DNA of 64,000 bases from Actinomycetota bacterium (lineage in GTDB: Bacteria > Actinomycetota > Thermoleophilia > UBA2241). Location: the NCBI GenBank assembly GCA_012514235.1, contig JAAZAR010000140.1:9414-73413 (forward strand), written 5' to 3'. Shown here in pieces: positions 56,191 through 64,000 of this stretch (position 1 is the first letter of the stretch; each line of letters starts with the position of its first letter). The notes beneath the pieces are model-generated. The model had not been told where the DNA came from. It saw only the letters and a program-made list of their open reading frames with translations, and did not search any database. The position numbers and the translations under genes were made by a program.

Positions 56191-57381
56191 TCAGGGCGCC
56201 ACGATGCGGTAGACGGGTCCGGCGAGCGACGTGACGTACAGCTCGCCGTCCGCGCCCTCGCCGAACGAGGAGAGCTGGTCCACCTCACCGTCGACGCCCT
56301 GCAGGCGATGGGGCTCCGCTCCGGGGCCGCGCATGGCCCAGACGCCGCCGGAGCCGAAGTCGCCGAACAGGTAGAAGCCGCGGAGCCCGGGGACGGCGGA
56401 GCCCCGGTACACGTACCCGCCGGTGACCGAGAAGCCGAGCTCGCGGCCGTACTCGCCGACCGGGAACGTGAGCGCGTCCTCGTCGAGCTGTGAGGCGACC
56501 GACTGGTCGTAGACCTCGCTGCCCTCGTAACCGTTCCAGCCGAAGTTGACGCCTGCCTCCTGCCCGGGCGGCAGGTAGTCGATCTCCTCGCGGGTGCCCT
56601 GGCCCACATCCCCGATCCACAGCGCCCCGGTGTCGCGGTCGAAGGAGAACCGCCAGGGGTTCCGCAGGCCGGTGGCCCAGATCGCGACCCGCGGCGGAGT
56701 CGCGCTCACGTCGATGCGCAGCAGCTTGCCGAGTCTGCTCTCCGGGTCCTGGGCGTGTCCGTGCGGGTCGCCGGCGCTGCCGCCGTCCCCCATGCCGACG
56801 TAGAGGCGCCCATCCGGGCCGAACTGCAGCTGGCCGCCGTTGTGGTTGGAGTACGGCTGCTCGACGCGAAGGATCTCGATCGCGGTGGAGGGATCCGCCC
56901 TGTCCGGATCCTCTGAGACGCGGTACCGGACGACACGGGTGTCGCCGTCGCGGTCGGTGTAGTCGACGTAGAACAGTCCGCTGGCGGCGTAGTCCGGGTC
57001 GAAGGTCATCGAGAGCAGGCCCTGCTCAGACCCAGAAGAGACCTCATCGGAGATGTCGAGAAAGGGCCGGTCCAGGGGCGCGCCGTCCTTCACGATGCGG
57101 ATCGCGCCTGTCTTCTCGACGATGAAGAGTCGCGATGCGTCGCCGGACGGCGCGGTCACGTACAGCGGCTGGCTGTAGGAGCCCGGGACCTCCTCAAGTC
57201 GCACGACCGGGGGCTCCCGGCCGGCTCCTGGCGAGCCGCCGCCCTCCGCGTCGGTGGGCGCGGTCGTCGGCGTGGCGGTGGAGTCGGCCGGCTTGGGCGA
57301 CGGTCCGCGGCTGACGGCGACCGCAACGAGGACGGCGGCGACGATCGCCGCCGCGGCGAGGATGAACGCCGTGCGACGCAT
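56191..57381 (-). CDS. PQQ-dependent soluble sugar (glucose/sorbosone) dehydrogenase-family beta-propeller, membrane/signal anchored
   Basis: N-terminal hydrophobic anchor MRRTAFILAAAAIVAAVLVAVAV. HNGGQLQFGPDGRLYVGMGDGG and GLRNPWRFSFD motifs. Confidence 0.85.
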   Translation of the reverse strand: MRRTAFILAAAAIVAAVLVAVAVSRGPSPKPADSTATPTTAPTDAEGGGSPGAGREPPVVRLEEVPGSYSQPLYVTAPSGDASRLFIVEKTGAIRIVKDGAPLDRPFLDISDEVSSGSEQGLLSMTFDPDYAASGLFYVDYTDRDGDTRVVRYRVSEDPDRADPSTAIEILRVEQPYSNHNGGQLQFGPDGRLYVGMGDGGSAGDPHGHAQDPESRLGKLLRIDVSATPPRVAIWATGLRNPWRFSFDRDTGALWIGDVGQGTREEIDYLPPGQEAGVNFGWNGYEGSEVYDQSVASQLDEDALTFPVGEYGRELGFSVTGGYVYRGSAVPGLRGFYLFGDFGSGGVWAMRGPGAEPHRLQGVDGEVDQLSSFGEGADGELYVTSLAGPVYRIVAP

Positions 57382-57458
57382 GGCTGGAGCCTTCCGCAGG
57401 GGCCGCCGGCCCTAACCACGATCGGCCGCCGCCCGCTCGAGGCTGCCCCCTGCGGGCG

Positions 57459-58283
57459 TCAGAGGTAGGCGGCCCGGAAGGCGTCGGCGCTCGCCTTCTC
57501 GGCGGAGCCGACGAGCGAGCGCAGCGTGTCCAGCTCCTCCCGATGCACCAGCAGCGCGACGTCGTCGACGCGCTCCACGGGGACGATGCCGCGGACGCTG
57601 CTGGTGAGCAGGAGGCCGTCGTCGGGGCGCAGGTCAGAGACCCGGGCCCACGCCTCGACGACGGGGACACCCGCCGCCGTGGCCAGCTCCTCGACCTTGG
57701 CGCGGAGCACGCCGGGCAGGATGTCGCCCTCGGCGGGCGGCGTGATGAGGCCGCCGCTGCGCACGATGAACACGTTGGACGTCGCGCCCTCGAAGATCTG
57801 TCCCTCGCCGTCCACCAGCAGGGCGTCGTCCATGGCGGCGGCGTGCGCCGCCCGCTGGGCGAAGTACGACTGCATCACCGTCATCGCCTTGTACTGTGCG
57901 CTCACACGGACGCCGCGGTGGGTGATCACGCGCAGAGGCCGGTCCGGGAACTCCCGCCTGTCCGTCTGCACCAGCAGGTTCGGGCGGCCGCCGGTCGGAC
58001 CGGCGGTGACGAGCAGACGACAGCCGTTGTGAGCCCGGCCGTTCGCCTCGGCCAGGCGGCAGATCTGCTCGGCCAGCTCGGGCTTGTCGATGGGCTTGTC
58101 CAGCCCGAGCGCGGCGATGCCCTGCACCAGGCGGGCCACGTGCTCCTCGAAGAACACCGGCACGCCGTCCATCAGTTTCATGGTCTCGTAGAGACCCAGA
58201 CCGTGGGTGAGCGCCCGGTCGGTCGCGGGCAGCGTCGCCTCGTCCTCCGTCATGAGGACGCCGTTGAGGATGAGCATGGTCAC
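57459..58283 (-). CDS. pabC: Class IV aminotransferase-fold protein, aminodeoxychorismate lyase by context
   Basis: 274 aa: GLGLYET.K, SAQYKAM, GATSNVF, and ILPGV.R, immediately downstream of pabB. Confidence 0.75.
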   Translation of the reverse strand: MTMLILNGVLMTEDEATLPATDRALTHGLGLYETMKLMDGVPVFFEEHVARLVQGIAALGLDKPIDKPELAEQICRLAEANGRAHNGCRLLVTAGPTGGRPNLLVQTDRREFPDRPLRVITHRGVRVSAQYKAMTVMQSYFAQRAAHAAAMDDALLVDGEGQIFEGATSNVFIVRSGGLITPPAEGDILPGVLRAKVEELATAAGVPVVEAWARVSDLRPDDGLLLTSSVRGIVPVERVDDVALLVHREELDTLRSLVGSAEKASADAFRAAYL

Positions 58284-58389
58284 GGATGGGAGTCTATCGC
58301 GCCGGAGGACCGTGCGCGGCCCGGCGCGATAGCCAGGGCGTCACATCCGGCACGTCGCCGCCCGCCCCTTCGTCGAGCGGCGACCGGCA

Positions 58390-59892
58390 TCACGTCCGTT
58401 CGGCGATGCTGGCGCTCACGGCGCGCAGCATGCCGGCGGCCTTGTGGAGCGTCTCGCGGTACTCGCGCTCGGGCACCGAGTCGGCGACGATGCCGCCGCC
58501 GGCCTGCAGGAACAGCCTGTCGCCCTTGCGGACCAGCGTGCGGATGATGATGTTGAGGTCCAGGCGCCGCGCGGCGATCCAGCCGAAGGACCCGGTGTAC
58601 GGGCCGCGGCGCACCGTCTCCAGCTCGTCCACGATCTCCATGCACCGGACCTTGGGACAGCCGGTGATGGTGCCGCCGGGGAACATCGCCCGGATCAGGT
58701 CCACGGCGTCGCGGGAGGGGTGCAGGTGCCCGCGCACGTTGCTCACGATGTGGATGACGTGGCTGTAGTACTCGTTGACCATGAGCTCGTTGACGCGTAC
58801 CGTGCCGTACTCGCAGACCCGGCCCAGGTCGTTGCGCTCGAGGTCGACCAGCATGATGTGCTCGGCGCGGTCCTTGGGGTCCAGGTTGAGGTCCTCGGTG
58901 AGGTCGTCGGGCGTGAGCGAGCCGCGGGGGCGCGTGCCGGCGATAGGGCGGGTCTCGGCCCAGCCGTCGGCGTCCAGCGAGACCAGGCGCTCCGGGGACG
59001 AGCTGATGAGCTCGTACTCGCCGAAGTGCAGGTAGCCGGCGAACGGGCTGGGGTTCACGGTGCGCAGGGTGTCGTAGAGGTGCAGGCTCGGCAGGGCGTA
59101 GCAGAGGTCGAGCCGCTGGCTGAGGTTGGCCTGGAAGATGTCTCCGGCGAAGACGTACTCGCGCGTGCGCCGTACGATCTCCTCGTACTCCTCCCGGGTG
59201 AAGGTGCTGCGGAACACCGGCAGGTCGTTGCCGTGGAGGGCGGCGGGGGAGGGTCGGCACGCGGCCCGCAGGGCCCGCTCGACGCGCGCCGCCTGCGCCG
59301 CCGCCGCGGATGCGTCCGCGGCGAGGCGGTCGACGAGGACGGCCTCGCCCGTCTGCAGGTCGTAGCGCAGCAGCCGGCCGGGCAGGAACACGTCGATGTC
59401 GGGGATGCCGAGGTCGTCGCGCACCGAGTCCGGCAGACGCTCCAGATACCGCACGGCGTCGTAGCTGAGGAGGCCGACGAGGGCTTCCGTCTCGGCGGGG
59501 CCGGCCCCGGCGGCCGGGTCGGCGGTCGCCAAGCCGCGGAGCGTCGCCAGCCGCGTCGCCTCGCGCAGCGCCTCGAAGGGCGCCAGCGCGGTCAGCGATC
59601 CGGCCTGGTCCGCGAGGGCGCGAGCCTGCGGCCCGCCCTCGCGCGTGACGCCGTCTCCCGCCAGCACCCGCACGCGTCCGGCACGGGCGCGCAGCCGGAA
59701 CACGGGGTCCCAGGCGAGGTAGTGCCGGCGGGCGAGCTGCGGCGACCCGCCCGCCGAGTCCAGCAGCACGACGGGCGCGACGCCCTCGAGGCCGAGGGCG
59801 CGGATGAGCGCGACCGGGTCGAGCGCCGGCGTCCGGAGCCGGGTCACCACGGGGCTCGCGAAGTGAGCTGACTGCGTCGAGGCGTGCACCAT
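58390..59892 (-). CDS. pabB: Aminodeoxychorismate (or anthranilate) synthase component I
   Basis: Chorismate-binding domain: GDIFQANLSQR, SPERL, RPIAGTRPRG, EH.MLVDLERNDLGRV, PGGTITGCPK, and RGPYTGS.G. Confidence 0.85.
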   Translation of the reverse strand: MVHASTQSAHFASPVVTRLRTPALDPVALIRALGLEGVAPVVLLDSAGGSPQLARRHYLAWDPVFRLRARAGRVRVLAGDGVTREGGPQARALADQAGSLTALAPFEALREATRLATLRGLATADPAAGAGPAETEALVGLLSYDAVRYLERLPDSVRDDLGIPDIDVFLPGRLLRYDLQTGEAVLVDRLAADASAAAAQAARVERALRAACRPSPAALHGNDLPVFRSTFTREEYEEIVRRTREYVFAGDIFQANLSQRLDLCYALPSLHLYDTLRTVNPSPFAGYLHFGEYELISSSPERLVSLDADGWAETRPIAGTRPRGSLTPDDLTEDLNLDPKDRAEHIMLVDLERNDLGRVCEYGTVRVNELMVNEYYSHVIHIVSNVRGHLHPSRDAVDLIRAMFPGGTITGCPKVRCMEIVDELETVRRGPYTGSFGWIAARRLDLNIIIRTLVRKGDRLFLQAGGGIVADSVPEREYRETLHKAAGMLRAVSASIAERT

Positions 59893-59960
59893 GCGGCTGA
59901 GTGTACCCGCGGAGCGTCCGCCGGCGGCGTCAGGCCCTGAGCCGATGCCGCGGCGAGCCG

Positions 59961-61343
59961 CTACTCGTCGTCACCGTACCCGTAGTCCTCTGTCTGGCGA
60001 AGGGTGCGGAACTGGGTGTAGTCGCGCACGAAGCCGAGGCGCACGAGCCCGGTGGGGCCGTTACGGTGCTTGGCGATCTTGACCTTGACGACGCCCTTGG
60101 AGGCCGGGTCGCTGGGGTCCTCGTAGATGAACATGACCATGTCGGCGTCCTGCTCGATGGCGCCCGACTCGCGCAGATCCGCGAGCTGAGGCTCGCGGTC
60201 GGCGCGCGCCTCGGGCGCGCGGTTGAGCTGGCTCACGGCGATCACGGGCACGGCCAGCTCGCGGGCCAGCTGCTTCATGGCGCGCGAGATGTTGCTGACC
60301 TCCTGCTGCCGGTTGTCCGCGCGGCCGTCCCCGGCCATGAGCTGCAGGTAGTCGACGATGACGAGGCTGAGCGGCGTCTTGGCCTGCAGCCGCCGCGCCT
60401 TGGCGCGGAGCTCGAACATGTTGAGGCCGGCCGTGTCGTCGATGAAGATGTCCGCCTTCTCGAGGACGCCGGCCGCCTGCACGAGCTTGGCGTGGTCGTC
60501 CGGCGAGAGGTTGCCGGTCCTGAGCTTGTGGGAGCTGACGCGCGCCGCGGAGCACATGAGGCGTTCGCCCAGCTCCTCGGCGCTCATCTCCAGGCTGAAG
60601 ATGGCCACCGCGTGGCGGCTGCCGTCGGCACGGCGGCTCTCCGTCGCGATGTGCTGCGCCATGTTGAGCGCGAGGCTCGTCTTGCCGACGCCCGGGCGCG
60701 CCGCCAGCACGATGAGGTTGGCGCGCTGGAACCCGCCCGTGAGCTTGTCGATGCCCTCGAAGCCGCAGCCCACTCCCGTGACGCCGCGATCCCCGTCGAG
60801 CGTGGCGAGGTGCTCGAAGTTGCGGACGAGCACCTCTTTGATGTGCTCGAACTCGCCCGTGCTGCGCTGCTGCTGGATGGCGAAGACCTTCTGCTCGCAG
60901 CGGTCGAGCAGGTCGCGCGTCTCGCCCGGGTGCTGGTACCCCAGCTCCGCGATCTCGTTGCCGACCCGGATGAGCGAGCGCAGCACGCTCTGCTCGCGGA
61001 CGATGCCGGCGTAGTGCGGCGCGTTGGCCGCCGCCGGCACGAACTCCGCGAGCGTGTGGATGAACTCGCGCCCTCCGGCGCGCTCGAGCAGGCCGTCTCG
61101 CTCGAGCTGGGCGCCTACCGTGACGACGTCGACTTCTTCGCCGCGCTCGAACAGCGTGAGGACGGCGCGGTAGATGAGCCGATGCGTGTCGCGGTAGAAG
61201 TCGTCCGCCGTGAGCAGCTCCGCGCACGCCGTGATGGCGTTCGGGTTGACCAGCATGGCCCCGAGCACCGACTGCTCCGCCTCGAGGTTGTGCGGCGGCA
61301 GGTGCGGGCCGGCTGGTGCTGCATCGATGCGCTCGACGGCCAA
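59961..61343 (-). CDS. dnaB: Replicative DNA helicase
   Basis: PPHNLEAEQSVLGAML N-terminus, Walker A ARPGVGKTSLALN, and SLEMS. The start is proposed at TTG 61343 (GGGGGAG 5 nt upstream), giving 460 aa. The track ORF is longer. TAG stop. Confidence 0.93.
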   Translation of the reverse strand: MAVERIDAAPAGPHLPPHNLEAEQSVLGAMLVNPNAITACAELLTADDFYRDTHRLIYRAVLTLFERGEEVDVVTVGAQLERDGLLERAGGREFIHTLAEFVPAAANAPHYAGIVREQSVLRSLIRVGNEIAELGYQHPGETRDLLDRCEQKVFAIQQQRSTGEFEHIKEVLVRNFEHLATLDGDRGVTGVGCGFEGIDKLTGGFQRANLIVLAARPGVGKTSLALNMAQHIATESRRADGSRHAVAIFSLEMSAEELGERLMCSAARVSSHKLRTGNLSPDDHAKLVQAAGVLEKADIFIDDTAGLNMFELRAKARRLQAKTPLSLVIVDYLQLMAGDGRADNRQQEVSNISRAMKQLARELAVPVIAVSQLNRAPEARADREPQLADLRESGAIEQDADMVMFIYEDPSDPASKGVVKVKIAKHRNGPTGLVRLGFVRDYTQFRTLRQTEDYGYGDDE

Positions 61344-61495
61344 GGTGACTCCCCCCGGGACTGTGGACTGGGCCTCGGAGTCTACAGCGACTCGCTGTGA
61401 CGATGATAACCGGGGCAGAGGACGGCAGCTGAAGATTCGGACGACGGTCCGAGTGTCGGAGCGAGGTCGTGGTCCCATTGCGACGGTGCAGCGCC

Positions 61496-61521
61496 GGAAA
61501 CTCCTTGACAAAGCAGTTTCC
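61496..61521. promoter_or_regulatory. Operator 1: perfect inverted repeat GGAAACT-N12-AGTTTCC whose spacer contains a -35-like TTGACA
   Basis: GGAAACTccttgacaaagcAGTTTCC. Confidence 0.7.
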
Positions 61522-61526
61522 ATCAT

Positions 61527-61552
61527 GGAAACTGTATGAGGCATGAGTTTCC
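61527..61552. promoter_or_regulatory. Operator 2: perfect inverted repeat GGAAACT-N12-AGTTTCC, 5 nt after operator 1
   Basis: GGAAACTgtatgaggcatgAGTTTCC. Confidence 0.7.
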
Positions 61553-61572
61553 GGCCGAGGTTTGGAGGAGCC

Positions 61573-62112
61573 GTGAGCACGACGCAGCAGCAGATCGCCG
61601 ACGCCTTCCGGCGCCGCATGGAGGAGGTCGGCTACACGGGCACGACGCTGGACGACGTGGCCCGCGCGCTGCGCATCTCCAAGAAGACCATCTACGTGCA
61701 CTTCGGCGGCAAACGCGAGATCTACACGTACCTGGTCGAGCGACAGGCGGCGCCGGAGAAGGCGCGGCTGGCCGCCATGCTGGCCGCGCTGCCCGCCGGC
61801 GCCGCCAGGGTGGAGGCAGCCGTGCGCATGGTGCTCGATGCGGGGAGGCGGCACGTGGAGCAAACCGGCCGCGAGGAGTGGCTCGCGCAGTACGAGGTCG
61901 CCGCCGACGCCTTCCGCAAGGCCAACGGCGACCTCATCAGGGAGCTCGTGCAGGCGGGCATGGACTCGGGCGAGTTCCCGCCCGGCGATGCCCGCCTCGT
62001 CGAGCAGATGGTGACCGCGATGGTCGTCGAGTACCTGCTGATCGTGCGCGACGACCCGTCGTTCGACCGGGACGAGGAACTGCTCGCCCGCATCATCAGG
62101 TTCATCGGGTAG
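61573..62112 (+). CDS. TetR/AcrR-family transcriptional regulator
   Basis: HTH region GYTGTTLDDVARALRISKKTIYVHFGGKREIY. GTG 61573 with GGAGG upstream; ATG 61543 is an alternative inside operator 2. TAG stop. Confidence 0.85.
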   Translation: MSTTQQQIADAFRRRMEEVGYTGTTLDDVARALRISKKTIYVHFGGKREIYTYLVERQAAPEKARLAAMLAALPAGAARVEAAVRMVLDAGRRHVEQTGREEWLAQYEVAADAFRKANGDLIRELVQAGMDSGEFPPGDARLVEQMVTAMVVEYLLIVRDDPSFDRDEELLARIIRFIG

Positions 62113-62122
62113 GGAAGCGGGG

Positions 62123-62142
62123 GGCCCGCCCACCGGCGGGCC
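62123..62142 (+). terminator. Short GC hairpin after the TetR gene (possibly a partial terminator or attenuator)
   Basis: GGCCCGCC cacc GGCGGGCC, followed by tctctc. Confidence 0.45.
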
Positions 62143-62157
62143 TCTCTCAGGTCTGAT

Positions 62158-62183
62158 GGAAACTCGATGCGACAGGAGTTTCC
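62158..62183. promoter_or_regulatory. Operator 3: third perfect GGAAACT-N12-AGTTTCC repeat, directly upstream of the membrane-protein gene
   Basis: GGAAACTcgatgcgacaggAGTTTCC. It ends 15 nt before ATG 62199 and abuts the RBS GGGAAAGGAG. Confidence 0.7.
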
Positions 62184-62198
62184 GGGAAAGGAGTCGTC

Positions 62199-62612
62199 AT
62201 GCGCTGGATCGTCCTCGCGTTGCTGCTCTTCGCGGCTCACATCAACCTCACGGCCCTGGTGCCGGCGGCGGCGGGCCAGGCCCCGCCGCCGTGGTGGGTC
62301 GGCGGGCGTCTCGCCTGGCCGTTCGGCCTCGACACGCACACGCTCCTGCCGTCGGGCGGTGCTCTGGACACGCTCACGCCGCTGCTCGCCATCGGCAGCG
62401 CGGTGTTCTTCCTGGCGGCGGCCGGCGCCCTGCTGCACTGGGTCGTCCCGGCGCAGTGGTTCGGGGCGCTGGTCGTCGCCGGCGCCGGCTGCTCCCTGGT
62501 GCTGCAGGCGGTCTGGATCTCGCCGTGGGCGGTGCTGCCGCTGGTGCTGGACGGCCTGCTGCTCTGGGGTCTCTTCAGCAGCAGGGTGACGGTGCCGGGA
62601 CTGCAGGCGTGA
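62199..62612 (+). CDS. Hypothetical 4-TM membrane protein, predicted TetR target
   Basis: 137 aa with hydrophobic segments WIVLALLLFAAHINLTALV, LLAIGSAVFFLAAAGALL, FGALVVAGAGCSLVLQAVWI and AVLPLVLDGLLLWGLF. GGAAAGGAG RBS. Confidence 0.7.
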   Translation: MRWIVLALLLFAAHINLTALVPAAAGQAPPPWWVGGRLAWPFGLDTHTLLPSGGALDTLTPLLAIGSAVFFLAAAGALLHWVVPAQWFGALVVAGAGCSLVLQAVWISPWAVLPLVLDGLLLWGLFSSRVTVPGLQA

Positions 62613-62655
62613 GCGGGCGCGGCGGCGAGGCTGCCCCGGTCCGCCCGCACACGAA

Positions 62656-62733
62656 GAAGCCCCGGGAGAAGCGCTCGCTTGCGCCTCGCCCGGGGCTTCC
62701 CGGTCGTGCGGACGCCCGCCGCGGCGGGCGTCC
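62656..62733. terminator. Two GC hairpins between the convergent membrane-protein gene and rplI
   Basis: GAAGCCCCGGG...CCCGGGGCTTC (62656-62699) and GGACGCCCGCC gc GGCGGGCGTCC (62710-62733). Confidence 0.65.
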
Positions 62734-62750
62734 GTGCCGGCTCGACTGCG

Positions 62751-63197
62751 TCAGGCCGGCACGATGATGGTCTTGACGCTGGCGACGAAGCCCTCGGCGA
62801 CCTCGACGTCGACCTGGAAGGTGCCGAGTTCCTTGATCGGCTCCTCCAGCAGGACCTTGCGCTTGTCGATGGTGATGCCGCGCGCGTCCTTGATGGCGTC
62901 GGCGATGTCCGCGCTCGTGATGCTGCCGAACAGGCGGTCGCCCTCGCCGGCCTTGGCGGCCAGCGTGATGACGGTCTTGTTGAGCGTCGCCGTGAACTCC
63001 TCGGCCTGCACGGCCAGACGAGCCTCGCGCGCCTTGCGCTCTTCTTCGCGACGACGGAACTCGACGATCTTACCCGGCGTCGCGACCTCGGCCAGCTTAC
63101 GCGGGATCAGATAGTTGCGGGCGTACCCGCGGGCAACGTTGGCGAGCTGGCCCTTGTCGCCGAGATCCTTGACGTCTTGGAGCAGGATGACCTCCAT
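62751..63197 (-). CDS. rplI: 50S ribosomal protein L9
   Basis: MEVILLQDVKDLGDKGQLANVARGYARNYLIPRKLA is the canonical L9 N-terminus. Confidence 0.95.
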   Translation of the reverse strand: MEVILLQDVKDLGDKGQLANVARGYARNYLIPRKLAEVATPGKIVEFRRREEERKAREARLAVQAEEFTATLNKTVITLAAKAGEGDRLFGSITSADIADAIKDARGITIDKRKVLLEEPIKELGTFQVDVEVAEGFVASVKTIIVPA

Positions 63198-63206
63198 GAC
63201 CTCTCC

Positions 63207-63476
63207 TCAGCGGTTGACGTAGGGCAGCAGCGCCAGCTCGCGTGCCTGCTTGATGGCGGCGCCCAGCTGGTTCTGGTGACGCCGGCAGGTGCCGGTGATG
63301 CGGCGCGAGCGGATCTTGCCCTTGTCGGACATGAAGCGGCGAAGGGTCGTGTGGTTCTTGTAGTCGACCTCTTCGATCTTCTCTTTGCAGAAATGGCAGA
63401 AGCGGCGCCTGGCCTGGCCGAACCCTCCGGCCTTGCCCTTCTTCTCACGCCGCGGCTTGGGCTTGGAACTCGGCAT
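63207..63476 (-). CDS. rpsR: 30S ribosomal protein S18
   Basis: [15 protein letters not shown]...[36 protein letters not shown]. Confidence 0.95.
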   Translation of the reverse strand: MPSSKPKPRREKKGKAGGFGQARRRFCHFCKEKIEEVDYKNHTTLRRFMSDKGKIRSRRITGTCRRHQNQLGAAIKQARELALLPYVNR

Positions 63477-63520
63477 GCTTGGTTTCTCTCCTCGCGCCTA
63501 CCGGCGCAATCTCTTCGTGC

Positions 63521-64000
63521 TCAGAACGGGATGTCGTCGGCGTCTTCACCGAAGTCGTCGGCGGGCGGCGTGAGACCATCTCTCTTGAAGTCGGGGCCGC
63601 CCTGGCGCTGGCCGGCCTGCTGAGAGCCGCCGCCCGGCTGATAGCCGCCGGCCTGCTGAGAGCCGCCGCCGTCGCGGGGACCGATGAACTGCACGTTGTC
63701 CGCGACGATGGATACGGCCTGGCGCTTCTGGCCGTCCTGTGCCTCCCATTCGCGCCAGCGCAGACGGCCGCTGACGGCGACTTGGCGGCCCCGGGCGAGG
63801 TACTGCGCGCAGCGCTCGCCCTGGCCCCCGAAGACGTCGACGTCGAAGTAGTTGGGCTTGTCGCCCCACTCACCGCTGATCGGGTCCTTGACGCGGTCGT
63901 TGACGGCGACGCGCAGGCTGCACACGCTCGTGCCGCTCGGCGTCGCCCGCAACTCGGGGTCACGCGTGAGGTTGCCGACGATGACGACGCTGTTGATGGA
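63521..64000 (-). CDS. ssb: Single-stranded DNA-binding protein (5' end beyond the right edge)
   Basis: OB-fold core ...VGNLTRDPELR.TPSG..V....VAVN.R, a Gly/Gln-rich tail, and the acidic C-terminal tip DDIPF. Confidence 0.93.
   Translation of the reverse strand, partial: SINSVVIVGNLTRDPELRATPSGTSVCSLRVAVNDRVKDPISGEWGDKPNYFDVDVFGGQGERCAQYLARGRQVAVSGRLRWREWEAQDGQKRQAVSIVADNVQFIGPRDGGGSQQAGGYQPGGGSQQAGQRQGGPDFKRDGLTPPADDFGEDADDIPF

Overview
This is a very GC-rich, densely coding bacterial chromosome segment. I call about 66 protein genes. I saw no rRNA, tRNA, CRISPR array, transposase or integrase. It looks actinobacterial: an ssb-rpsR-rplI-dnaB block, leaderless-type TAGAAT/TAGACT promoters, a two-domain MshD-like GNAT, an ECF sigma/anti-sigma pair and Pro/Thr linkers.

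Housekeeping genes are spread through the window: purB, purE, purD, purA, purC, aroA, ddl, pabB/pabC, mscL, Fe/Mn-SOD, larB, two RidA genes, a wbpA/wbpB/wbpD-like UDP-sugar module, a DrrA/B-type ABC exporter with a divergent MarR-fusion regulator, and a TetR unit.

The accessory content includes the following, most interesting first:
1. A full-length dimethylamine methyltransferase (mtbB) homologue has a single in-frame UAG at the family's pyrrolysine position. The ORF track splits it into two ORFs. There is no corrinoid partner, activase or pyl gene nearby. By my hand count of my own gene calls, UAG terminates about one gene in five here, including dnaB and purA.
2. Five secreted, lipo- or membrane-anchored proteins carry 8 copies of a 'helix + WP-x-NP-[FW]-TG-x-PM...G-[DT]-Y-x-Y...hL' module. 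The module is reminiscent of GspG-type pseudopilin globular domains but has no prepilin leader. One member has a signal peptide with no canonical start codon.
3. A Rieske / glutaredoxin-like / ferredoxin-thioredoxin-reductase-catalytic-subunit-like / Rieske four-gene redox cassette.
4. A 616-aa protein of unknown function with an HPr-kinase-like P-loop domain.
5. An RsgA GTPase that lacks its OB domain and is fused to an RNHCP zinc domain.
6. A TetR regulon defined by three perfect GGAAACT-N12-AGTTTCC operators.

A 55-aa rubredoxin gene is missing from the ORF track. All homology statements come from reading motifs by eye and from memory. None has been checked against a database.
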